Shown piece by piece: positions 11,833 to 24,590 of a stretch of DNA of 64,000 nucleotides. This DNA is from Lepidodermella squamata. Lineage: Eukaryota; Animalia; Gastrotricha. The stretch lies in the NCBI GenBank assembly GCA_047495785.1, contig JBLDXI010000024.1:124001-188000 (forward strand), given 5' to 3'. Position 1 is the stretch's first letter. Each line of letters starts with the position of its first letter. The notes under the pieces were generated by a model. It searched no databases and was not told where the DNA came from. It was given only the letters and a program-made list of their open reading frames with translations. A program made the position numbers and the translations under genes.

Positions 11833-14800
11833 TCAGATATCCGTTACTATGACTGTCCGGATGGTTGACGCGTGTGAGCTACTTCCGTTGCCGGCGCGCG
11901 CGTGATGAGACGAAGCGTCCTTGCCGTGGTCATAGGAAGAAGATGATGAATTGCTAGCGCCATTCGAGTGAGCATTTGTCGTTATGGGCACGGCACGAAA
12001 TTGCGGAAGGGGCAGGCCGGTTTTCGCCGACCCGCTTAGGCTATAATTGCTGGATGACGACGGCGTGAAAGGCTTGTGTGGCAGATCGTCAATGTGATTT
12101 GGCTCTAGCACATGTCTAGAACGGCTTGTTGGCAGGTAAGAAACAGATGCCGGCGAGTTTGAAGAAGCCGCGGCAACAGGCGATGGCGCTGCAGGTAACT
12201 TGGGAATTTTGCTGATAACAGGAATAGCGGGAACCACGATACTCTCGGGTTGCTGCTGGGTAGGAGTGTGTACTACGTCAATGTGAAGCGGCGCCACGTT
12301 TCGGCCTATCGAAGACGAGCTCGCGCTTGAAACAGCCACTGGAATGCGTGAAATGCGCAGCTTTTGCGCCTTTTCCGTGTCAGCTGCACTGTGGCCGCGG
12401 TGGCCAGCTTCTGCGGCTGCTTTTTCTTCTTTCTCCTTCTCTTTTTCTTCATTTATACGATTTTGCTCAAGCTCTTCAAGCAGCTGCGAATTCGCCTGAT
12501 TTACGGTATCGTGGTTAGCTGGAACTTGTTCCTGTTAAGAATATTAAAAAGCGTTTTTTAATTTTGCCAGGGTTAAATTATTATTAAGTCCGAAGCATGC
12601 TTTTCAGATTTAAACATAACAAGTCCCCATCTGTCTTTCGGATTAAAATGCTACTACAGTAGCTAGAACGTTCCTCTTATGTACATATTTTTATGGAAAA
12701 GCAAGCTGTATGAAAAATAAGCGGCAAGCTCAACGTAAAAGAGAGAGTGAGGACTGCTAACGAGTTACGACACACTAGCAATAGGTAATAATTACGAGAA
12801 ACGCTAGTCATGCGGAACATTAACACGCCATTCGCTATTAGTGGTTGGTAGGTAAATTGATTTACACAAATAATTTAAATGATGGTTCCCGTTGAAGGCC
12901 GCCAGTATGCGTTATAAGCAAAGCTGGAAATACACGGAATACGACAGCAATTACAGCGGGATAGTGACACCATTGTCAGGTATTACCAGTGAAGGTGCCG
13001 CAATTCCATCTTTTAATCATCATCATCATTATCAATTTTCTGCGAGCCGCAGTTGGGAAGTTCTCAGCTGATATCACATTATGCTTGCTGCAACTGTACA
13101 AGTAAGGGGCTCAACACAGTCAGACGAGGGTGGAAAGACGGGATTCTTGCTACAGTCGATGAAGAGGGAATAACAAAGCACGAATTCGTGATTAGCCAGG
13201 ATTGAAATAAGATCATAGTCAAGGTGTTAGTCTTTATGATATGATCACCTTCGTCAAAACTTATTCATCCAAGCTTTCCTGGTCATCATTATCAACACAA
13301 AATCCTCTTTAAACAATTTATATTTTAAATAGCCGAAAATAGGAGAGGAGACTAATTGTAATTGGAATAAGGCGGATGAGGAGAAGTTTTGACGTAGGTT
13401 ATTGGGTAAAATACTTTGCAATAAGGTTAACCATACCTGATGATGGTGATTAGACGCGACAAATAACGGCACCGGCGAAGTGACTGCCTGAGGAGGCGAC
13501 GATCTAAGCGAGCTGTGATAACAAAAATCATGAACACATAATCACCCAATATCGAAAATACTTGCCTTGTAGTGCTGCTAGCTGAAGGAACCGGACTTGC
13601 TGCGGCTGCCGCAGCGCCCATTCGGGGAGACGGGGAAGGTTTCGGCACGTCTTCATCCAGGTGCTTCAGCTTTGCCTGGGCTCGTTCTGATGCCTCAAGC
13701 AAACTTATTGCCGGAGGAGAGCTGGGAGGATAATTTTTCGCGGGTGAAGATTTGACCGAGACCGTCAATGGCGCGGACGCGGTAGGGGCTCCTGACGCGA
13801 TCAAATTATCAAGCCTGAGCAACGCCTGCGAAGCCTCGTTGCTCGACACGACTGGGGTGACAGAAGTAGGAACGTCAATGCTGGCCTGTGCCGTTGAAGA
13901 TCCACTCATTATAGATGGTGAACGATTATTAGGCGAATTCACACGCGGAGGACCTATAGACGATTTCTCGGGAGTCATTTTCTGCGATTCCACGCTGGAA
14001 AACGACTGATCCTGTTTAGACTTCGGTGACTTGTCCATTGTAGTATGACTTTCAACTGGCCGGGGTGACGCAGAACGTGACTTCACGGAATCGACCACGG
14101 TCAAATTTTCCGCAACAGTCGTCGCAGTGGGAGGCCGAGGTGGCGCTGCCGGGACAGCAGAAGGCACGCTTTGTTGTGCTACCCTGTTTGCAGCCAGTGC
14201 ACTTTCAGCCTCAGCTCTAGCTCTCTGTCGTTCGGCTTCCTTCGATTCTTTCGTCTTATCGTGCTCCTGCAACCACGTAAAATTAATAAAGACAAACACA
14301 GACAGAAGAAAAATTACTTGTTTATCGAAAGTCGACCGCCTCGAAAATCGTTGTGAAGGTCGCCTTTCAAACTGCACAGATCTTCGCGCGCGTCCTTGCA
14401 CAGATGCTTGAAACTCAGTCCGACCACTGTAGCGAAATCGTGAACCGAGGCGAAGAAAGCCTTGGCGTTGCCGAATGTCATGCGATACCCCTCGTAACCT
14501 AGTTCAGAATCACATTAGTTTGGCACGCGTCTCGTTTGGTGTCAAGAGATCACTAACCTGAAGAATGCATGAAACTCGACGGCGCATTTCCATAAGTGTT
14601 TGCAAGCTTTTTGAGAGTACAGCCGAAAAACGAAGGTGTGATCCTATTCAGAAGAACGCAAACAAAGCACTAATAAATAACGAGTTTATGACTCCGCACT
14701 CACCTGTGCACGACCACCAGCCGCATCGTCGCCATCTTCTACTACTACGATTGTCAGCTTCCGCCCGCTGAGTTGCAGCTTGGAAATTTTCGGCCAGAAA

Positions 14801-15916
14801 AATAAACCTATCTTCTGCTTGTTTTCGAATATCAAAATTCCATTTGGGGTGAGACCAAGCGAATATTCTTGGCCGTCACGGCCCAGTACAGTATGCATAT
14901 CAACGCCATAATCTAAAAAAATAAAATGTTAATAACTGGTAATAGAACGCCCGAGTCGATTGCTTACTATCCAAGTATTTGGCTTTCGATAAATAACGGC
15001 TTTCAGCTTGCGCTGGATTCAAGCCTCTGTAGAGAAATAAACATTAACAGCGAATTCAAACGACAGTTTTGCGTGACGTACTTGCACTTCTTGAATGCCT
15101 CTAAAATAGCTAACTCCATTTCGGCGGTCTGGTGCTCCTCGGGCACAAACCGAAACTCCGATATTGCGGCAGGCGTGTGGACAGTAGGATCGAAATCGCC
15201 AAGTTCCGCTATGAATAATAGTTTTGAAAATAACACGAACAATATCATGAGAAATAAAACTTACACTGAAGAGCCAAAGCACCCAGCTCGACGGCTGATT
15301 CAAAGGGACAGTCGATTTTCCCAATTTTAATGTCTTCTCGAATTTGCAAAAAAGCTAAATATCGCGTCAGCTCCTCCTTCATTTGATTTGTATCAGATGC
15401 ATAAAACTTCATTCGAAATCGAAACGTGTAAGGAGGTCCAACTATGCCAAAACATATAACGATTACAAGATACATTCTACTTTGATAATTGATTAATTAT
15501 CCTTACTTTTATTCTGCTTCTTCAGATATTTGGTTGGATCAAGCCAGTGATGCACAGAGTTGGCATCCGTGAATTGAAGACCGAAATAATCTTATGGGGA
15601 AAATGAATTGCATTTACACATATACAAATCGACAGTTCAATGTGGCATACCGGATTCGATAAGATCGAGGTTGTAGAACACTTTATCATGAAGCTCTTTG
15701 CCAATCGCTTTTTTCTAGATCCCACAAGTGAATGATATGAAACATAGATAACACAAATTGTCTTTATTAGCTTACCGGCACCTCGATATTCAACTCTGAA
15801 CCATCGAGAAGCTGCACTGTGCAGCTGAGAACATCTTTTTTGACGTTAGAATCGGCTTTCCCTGAAGCAGAATGCTTCTTGCGCCGGAACGTCAAGAAGC
15901 GCCAAAGCTTGGACAT
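11833..15916 (-). CDS. EPB41L5: FERM + FERM-adjacent protein, Yurt/EPB41L5/EPB41L4B-like, multi-exon, ending in a class I PDZ ligand (...IVTDI*)
   Basis: Spliced translation gives [114 protein letters not shown]; last exon 12531-11833. Confidence 0.88.
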
Positions 15917-17861
15917 CAGAAATAAAATTAGGCCTAGAAAACAAACATTCAAAATTAACGATAATACTGAGCTAGTACATTTGGAGTATGAACTGTCTAT
16001 AACTGTGGTAAAGCAAGACCGATCATAGCAAGGGTGCGGATAGGGCATAAAAACCGTAAAATAGCAGTTGATATCCTATCATCAATCTAGCAGCTCGTAA
16101 AAATGAATTCCTGCACCGTGAATGAATGGAGTTGTACACCTAGCAATCAATTTCCCGTCTTACAACTTGAGTATCAGTATTAAACATACAAACAGAGACG
16201 CGAAACTCCGCGAAGCGAGGGTTGCACAACATGGAATATCGATTTCCTCCGTGAAAAAGTTGAATGTTTACAATCATCCGACCAATCATCCGATCAATGG
16301 AGCATGGATAAAGACAACTTTAGAACGACGCGTGCGAAGGGTGGCCCTGAATTGTTTCAATTTACCAGATTTACTGCTCCCGAGCTCATAGCATCGTCGC
16401 CAAGAACTGGTGCGAGGGTTCGGTTGACAGAGGACGTTTGCTGAGCAGTCAACGCTCAACGCTCAACGTTACTAATTGCACTAAGCAATAAATGCACTAA
16501 GCACTTTCAAAATATGTCGCCTTACCGCTAAACAACAAACTCAACGGACGATGATCGATGTTAATATTCGACAGTCGACAGTCAAATGAATTTATATATT
16601 CACTGGACACGAGGCGTAGCTGATGCCATCAACGATTTTTTGTAAGGCTGGTAAGACTGGAAGACCGATTCTCAAAGTAACTAAATATCACGGGCTCAAG
16701 TCCAGAATGTTTCAACAGGACACGTCCCATGGTATTTGCGTCTGTTTACTGCTAACGCCAATCGAAATCAATCGAAAAAATCGAAAAATTGTGCAAGTTT
16801 CAAGTTGAGAAGAAATTCGAGATTTCCGTCGACTATTAACTCCAAAATCCCGCCCCTGAATAAGCGGAGAAAGCTATAGTTTATATAGTTTATATTTTTA
16901 TATTTATCACGATGAGATAGGAGATAGGACAATAAATACCTTTCGCTTGACGCAGTTGATTCCGCTCAAAAGACGATGACGCCAAACGCCAACACCCACA
17001 AAAGCGGTTGCGACCGACCCTCGATCTCCCATAAATAAATAAAACATTTAATAAATATATGTTACTTTCAGCTATCAATAAAATTAAAAATCAGTTTGCT
17101 AACATATCTTTTTTATTATATGTGAAATTTTTCTAAATATGAATAAATGAATGCGAGACATTTCACGGAAAAGGATTTGGCCAATCGCGCAGGGGTCTTG
17201 TTGTTTTACTTACCGGTGGTCATACCGCTGCCAAGACAATAACGCCGCTATCATTAAGGACCATTGGAGGAGTCATCAGCATTACCTGCCCGAACGTGCG
17301 TAGGTTCTACTATTAACGGTCTTATTAGGGCAGCTGGTATTCCGCGCCGTCGATGAGGGATGCGCGGCTCTTTTTTCTTTGACATAAAAAATGCCATCTC
17401 AATAAATAGTTATCGCGAACTGGTTTCTGTTTAGTGTCTTCTATTTGCCATGTGTGCGCACATATTAAGTGACATGATACAAGGTTTAAACTATCGTGGG
17501 TGGCTATTGTCATTTAAATAGTGTTGCTACTCAGATATTGAGTCAGAACCCAGCACCGAGCACTAGTGCGAACCGATATCCGACTGGGAATGTATGAGCC
17601 TATTTTTTGTGTTTTATTTTTATCGCATGCCATCGTATGCTTATTATTACGGCCACTGTTGAAACTAGATAGTTGAATCTGTCGACTGCGCTGCTTCAAT
17701 GCTACAAGTATTTAGTCGAGAAAGTTCAACTACATGCCAACTTGCATTGATGTATGCGCTCCTGCTCTTTTTCACAATTCCAATCCACCAAATAATTTGC
17801 TCTCTATTTTCTGGGTTTTCTTTATTTTTTTCTAGATCACTACAACCAGCGAAACTTTAAA

Positions 17862-18602
17862 ATGCATTCGAACAATTACATCAAAGAATGTGACTTCATT
17901 TTGCGAGGTAACGTCCGAGCTTCTCCGCATTGGATTTAATAATTTTCTTAATCGATTGTGTGTAGATTATATAGCCCATAGAATCATTTCAAGCCATGCT
18001 AACCATGGAAACTGTGATTTGGCGTCGTCATTATGTCGAAATGGCGCTGATATTAACATTCATCCTAAAATAATTGAGCTGGTTCGCCATCTCGCGCTTG
18101 ATTTTGAGAAGAGATATCGTGATAGCTACGGCGATCAAATTCCTGAAACGCCCCCGCATTCGGCTCTTTCTCTGGATTCTGCCGACGCTCGCTTGTCATT
18201 CGAGGCTGTTGCCAATGAACTATTTCAAGGCGGTTGGAAGTGGGCCCGAATAATTGCTTTCATTTCCTACGTGGGATTATTGGCGGAGGCCACGTTCTCA
18301 TCTGCAGCTTCTGATGATTCGGCAATCAAGGAGCGAATAGGCAAAATTATCGACTGGGCAATGGACTACTTTCAGTGCGCTGATGCCCAAACTTTTTTCT
18401 GTTCATGCAATGGATGGGTAAGACTGGAATTTCTTAGAAGATTATATTAAATCGACATTTGTTTTAGGAGGGTTTCCTAGACTGGCATGGGAGCGGAGAT
18501 GCTCGCCTCGCTGCCGCTCCTTTAAAACAAATGGCCGTTGTCGGCCTCACGGCAGCAGCTATGGTCGGCTTGAGTTTTATGGTCGGTCGCATAATTCACT
18601 AG
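17862..18602 (+). CDS. Multi-BH Bcl-2 family protein with C-terminal TM anchor; exons 17862-17907, 17966-18417, 18468-18602
   Basis: BH4-like FILRDYIAHRI; BH3-like LVRHLALDFE; BH1 ELFQGGWKWARIIAF; BH2 NGW|EGF split by the intron position conserved in Bcl-2/Bcl-xL; hydrophobic tail MAVVGLTAAAMVGLSFMVGRIIH. Confidence 0.85.
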
Positions 18603-18927
18603 CTGACTTGGGTTTTTCATACATCAATCAGTGCATATAATTGAGCTGTTTTTATATCAATTTATTGTTTGCGTTTGATAATCGCCTTCATTGTGTTTTG
18701 TAATATATTATGACGTATCTCAAGGAACTGAGCGCTTGAACATGATCTTTTATCTTCCTAATTGTTGCCTTGCCGGTTTCTCGTCTTGCTCAACAATGCA
18801 ATTAAAACGAAGCTCGCTCATTTCTTTAATTTCGATTTCATGTTTACATCTAATTTTTGTTTTCTTAGATAATTTTTATAGTTCATGGACTTACACTGAC
18901 CGCTGCTGGGAAACAAACTAATTCTCG

Positions 18928-21900
18928 ATGATGGCGGAATTACCATCCGAATGCAGCATACGCGTAGTATGCCGCGTTCGTCCGATGAATTCATCGGAGG
19001 AGAAGAACGGCAGCCAATCTATAGTAAGAGTAACCTCAGATGATTCGCTGATGTTGGCTGCCAAGACGTACAACTTCGACAAAGTTTTCAAACAAACTTG
19101 CACTCAAGAAGAGGTTTATACTGCTGTCGCGAAGCCGATCGTGGCGGATGTCCTGTCCGGCTTCAACGGCACCATCTTCGCATATGGTCAAACGTCTTCC
19201 GGTAAAACGTTTACCATGGAAGGTGAAATCGGAAGCCCGGAGAGGGAAGGCATCATTCCTCGCATCATCTCAGATATCTTCAACTATATATACCAAATGG
19301 ACGAAAATTTGGAATTTCACATCAAAGTTTCGTACTTCGAAATTTATCTCGACAAAATTCGTGATTTACTGGACATCAGCAAAACCAATCTTTCAGTACA
19401 CGAAGACAAAAACCGAGTGCCTTACGTGAAAGGCGCAACTGAACGGTTTGTCTCTTCGCCTGAGGAGGTTCTCGAGACGATCGAAGAGGGCAAAATGAAT
19501 CGACACGTTTCTGTAACCAACATGAACGAGCATTCCAGTCGCAGTCATTCAGTGCTAATGATCAATATAAAGCAGGAGAACAAAGAGACTGAGAAAAAGC
19601 TCAACGGCAAGTTGTACCTAGTCGATTTGGCCGGTTCGGAAAAGGTTAGTAAAACTGGAGCGGAAGGCAGCACGCTTGACGAGGCAAAGAACATTAACAA
19701 ATCGTTATCCGCCCTCGGTAACGTAATAGCCGCTCTAGCTGACGGAAACAAGGCGCACGTGCCTTATCGAGATTCGAAACTGACTCGTATTTTACAAGAA
19801 TCTTTGGGTGGTAACGCTCGCACCACTATTATCATTTGCTGCTCCCCGGCCTCGTATAACGAATCGGAAACCAAATCCACGCTTCTGTTTGGTGTCCGCG
19901 CCAAGACCATCAAGAACGTTGTCACTGTTAATGAGGAACTCACTGCAGATGAATGGAGGAGGCGCTACGAAAAAGAACGTGACCGGTAAGTACTCGCTGA
20001 TTTTTCTAATTATTTTCGGGAGCTGGATTACCTATTTATTATTTTAATTTTTCCACTGCCTTATTTTGCTTGTAATATTGTCACGCTCAAGTTTACTAGA
20101 TTAAAGTGTTTTTGCGTGATAATTTTGTGAAATTCTGCTTTAATTGAAACGTCGTGATAACAATGACATGTTTGTGTTTCCAGGTCTCTGCGTCTCCGCA
20201 CGCACGTATATTTATTGGAACAAGAGCTGGCGCGGTGGCGGCGTGGCGAGTCTGTCCCCGGCGATGAACAAGCGCCTTTCATCAGTCATTTGCTGGGCAG
20301 CGGTGCGGCATTAGGCGCACCTCCTGGCGGCGAATTCACCGCCCCCGCCCCGGCGACTATGACCCCGAGCTTGTCTCTGACCCAGCTCAGCTCGATTTCG
20401 AGTCAATCGCTGCCGTCGCTGACGGTGGACGAGCGGCGGCAGTACGAAGACGAGAAGCGGCGGTTGTGCGAGCAGCTCGACGACAAGGATGAAGAATTCA
20501 CCGAGGCTGTGCAACAACTCGAGAAACTGCGATCTCAAATCGCCGAGCAGGAGGAACTTCTCGTGCTTCGTCAGCGAGAATTCGACGCGCAGCAGGCCGA
20601 AATGCAGCGCATGCAGGCTGAAAACGACGCAGCTAAGGACGAGGTTAAGGAGGTACTAACCGCCCTCGAAGAACTGGCTGGTAATTACGAACAGAAATCG
20701 GCCGAGGCCGAGGCGAAGCGGCACGAAAACGAGTTGCTAGCCGAGGAGTTGACGTCGAAACTCAGCACAATAACTGCGATTGAGGCCGAGCTGGACCGGC
20801 TACGCGAGCAGTCGCTCCTGCAACGGCGGCGAATTGCCGACCTGGTTTCCGGCCTCGTTCGTGATATTACCGATGCCATGCAAATGTTGCCGTCTTCCGC
20901 CGCCTCGAAACAACAGGCACCAGCGCCTGCTCAGTCGCAGGAGGCGAATGCTGACAGACTCGAGGATGACGTGATGACGGCGAGGATGAATGTCGGTCGC
21001 ATGAAGAGCGAATTGAAGACGCTGTCGTCGAAGGTGTCGCAGATGGAGCGCGAGCACGACGACTTCAAGCGAATGGGAGACGGGCTTGCCGTCGAATCAG
21101 CCGCCCTAAGAGAAGCGGCTAAGGAGCGGCAAATTCGCGTTGAACTAGCCGAGCAGCAGCTCTCGGAAGCTGAGGCTCGCCAGTCTCAACTGGAGACTGA
21201 ACTCGAGCAAGCTAACGCGGAGTTGGCCAGACTTCGCGGCGGCAGTGCTGCGGATGCGGCTGCCCCGGCTGCAGCCTCAGCCGCGCCCTCTGAGCCCGCC
21301 CAAACCGCGGCGATCGAGCAGCTACAACGGCAACTTGGACTCGTCCGGCAAGAAGTTCGTGATAAGCAGGCGGCTTTGGAGCAGCTACGTGATTCTAACC
21401 GTCAACTGACAGCCGCCGTCGACCGGTTGCAGATGGAGCTGGAACGGGCGAGGCGGGACGACGCGGACAAGGCGGCGCAGTTGGCCGAGCTACAACTGGC
21501 GGCTGAACGGCGCGAACAGGCGCGTCAAGAGTTGCGCGGCCTTGAAGAAACGGTGAACAAGGAGCTGCAGACGCTGCACACGTTGCGGCGACTCTTCGTG
21601 CAAGACTTGCAGGCCAAGTTGAAGCGGTGGACTGCGAGTGCAAGCGCGAATGCCCAACAACCCGGCAGCGACAACCAGTCCGGCACCGATGATAAGTCGA
21701 TTATCGAGGACGAAAACGGCGCTCCGGCGGCGCCGGGAGGTGGGGGCAGTGTGATTGCTCAGAGACAGAAAATCAATTTCTTGGAGACGAATCTTGAACA
21801 AGTGAGCTATTAATTGCTTTTATTTATTTTAGTTTAATGGGTTCGATTTCTGATTTCAGCTCACCCGCGTGCACAAGCAGTTGGTTCGAGACAACGCCGA

Positions 21901-22621
21901 CCTGCGATGCGAGCTCCCTAAACTCGAAAAACGCCTTCGAACAACTATGGACCGCGTCAAAACGTGAGGATTTATTTTCATATCTCGTCTCACGAAAAAT
22001 CCTACTTAACCGATTTTTTTTGTCAAAACTGGGAATTTCCTGGAATTTGTAACCAAAATGTCGACATATTTTATTGTGGGTAATAAAGCGCAGCTGGCGC
22101 ATTTTTTGGGCGTGGCCGAGACATCTTCTCACGTGTAGGCCCACAAATTCAAACCCACGTTTAATGATCACGTTTTTCGCATTACAATGGCTTATTAGTT
22201 CTGTGATTGTGCTTCAAGAATGTGTGCTTCGAGCGGTAGAAGTTATGAAAACGAGTTGATTAATTTTGAAAGGATTGTTTTTGCTGATGAATCATCATGG
22301 TGGTAATGACCGTTTGATATCTTTAACAGATTGGAAGGAGCGCTCCGTGATGCAAAGGAGTCGGCAATGCGCGACCGCCGGCGCTACCAAATGGAGGTAG
22401 ATCGGATTAAGGAGGCTGTGCGGCAGCGCGGTCTCACTCAGCGCCGGCCGCATATTCCTCAGATTGTGAAGCCGGTCGCCCGGCCGCCGGTCGTGCTACC
22501 CGCCACGCCCGGGACTCCGGTGTCGGGCGGTGGCGCCTCGACTACCGGCACCCCCACGCCCGTCGTTCGACCCGCGGCAGCTCAAGCCAACCAGCAGCAG
22601 CAGCCGCCATCGACAAACTGA
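18928..22621 (+). CDS. KIF5: Kinesin-1 heavy chain; exons 18928-19985, 20184-21801, 21860-21963, 22330-22621
   Basis: P-loop [38 protein letters not shown]; neck [13 protein letters not shown]; tail [23 protein letters not shown] and [14 protein letters not shown]. Confidence 0.97.
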
Positions 22622-24590
22622 ACAAAACTTGCGCCGTCTTCTGGTTATAGGTGTTGCCGGTGATGCGCTTACAGTCACCTACTACAGATTACTTATAACT
22701 GTGTCATTGTGCCTATTCGACCACCTGGTATTAAAAATTCCATTAGACTCTGGCTCCCAGACAGACAGAAACTAGCATCATCTCGAACTGCGCTGAAGTT
22801 GTGACGTTTCCTGTATAACAAAATCTGCTCTCAATTTCGAAGGTTTCTTTTATCAGTCCTCCTGAAATTTTTTGACTTACTGCTTGTGGGCGGCGAGAAT
22901 TATGTTACACTAGCGTTGTATTGCTTCCATTAGACTGCTACATTATATTCATATATATATATTGGGAGATATATAGTCCAACTACGTTTTTACACAAAAT
23001 CCATTTCATTCATTCATTTAGTAGCCAAGTACGAAAAAAATGATATCGCGGAATCGCTTTTCTGTCCTAGTCATCAAGTCAGACTTGTTGGGTACTTTAT
23101 CATCATCATTACTACAATTATTATTAGTCCTCGCTGGAAAGGTGTTTCAAGTCTGTCGTCTTGTCCGAACCTGCCACAATGAACACATGATACACACATT
23201 ATGATAATTGTTGCTTCGCCACCATTTGTGCTATCCTTCGCTTATTGTTGAGTATTTTTCAAGGAAAAATGAATGACCGTTGGTTGTTATACGATATTGA
23301 TATATTGATTACTGTTTGATTCTGCACGGCGCTTATTATGAATGCTTGATGATTATTTCATCCAACCATATCTCAGCTTCTTTGAAATTTCACCGGGCTA
23401 TGCAAAGCTTAAAATGAAATTCTTCTCCATGATGCTATGGTCTTATTATCCTCTTTTATTTTTTACGGTGCTTGGTGAGGGCTGCTTGATTGATACATAG
23501 AAATCCTGGCAATAGTCACTCGTTGAAATAATTCTGGCCCGCGATTAGTGATCGAGACGCCGCTGTCGCACCTATTGTGTACGCTCATCACCGCCGTCGA
23601 GTATTGCCTTTATTTATTCGTGCGCTAATTATTCGCTGTCGTCTCGGCCTTGTCGTCGTCGTCTACTTTTGTTTTGCCTGTGTTCGAACCGCAGCAGCAG
23701 CAGCAGCAGGAACCGGAATTTGTTCGCATGTGTTTATGTTCTCTTTCGCTCTCTCTCTCTCCTTCTCTTTCCGTGTACGTTTGCGCGTGCCTTGGCATGA
23801 GTTATTACTATCATTCTATTATTATTATTCTTATTAATAACCTTATTCTTATTATACCGCTATTGTGTACAAATGAGAAAATCTTGAAGAAATTTGTATA
23901 AACAAAGAAATGAAACTATTTGCGGATTGAAAATGCTATGGTTGAATGGATCAATCGTCAAATTTATGGCAACAATTCACTTTTGGGTCACTGATGTTAT
24001 TATTCTATTGTGTGTTACTACTCTTTAAAACATGCTATCAGGTTCTTAAATATCATGTTCTGCTAACAAGGTAGCATGTTCTTTCTTTCTTTCCGAGGAT
24101 GTTGGATATGTTCGATGATAAAAAAGTAAAACTAAAGCTCGTGAAGCCTCCTTACTTGTTGTTTATTCATCACCAACATTAAAGCACAAGTTAATACGCG
24201 CAGGGCGTGCATGCTTTGCACCTGAATTTCAGCGCCGTGCCCGAGAGTGACGGACGATAACAATCTCAAGCTGGGCGTTACAATTCATCATAAACACATC
24301 GTAAAATGCGAAATTTCTAAAAAAAAGCAGTCATAGCAGTCATATAATGTATACAGGTGAATAAGCGCGTCAGTATGAACAATTAATGTTGAAATCATCA
24401 GATCGTAATCAAGCGGAATATTTTTTGAGGTGTGACAGAGTTATATTAATGCTATTTTGTACACAACAGCATTATATATATTACGCGAGAATGAGGATGC
24501 TGATGTTGGTGTAGAGCTGTTGAAGCAAAAATTGCTTGCAGATGCGCGAGCCGTTCAATTTGAGAGGTACGTAAATAGTATATTTCTGCT

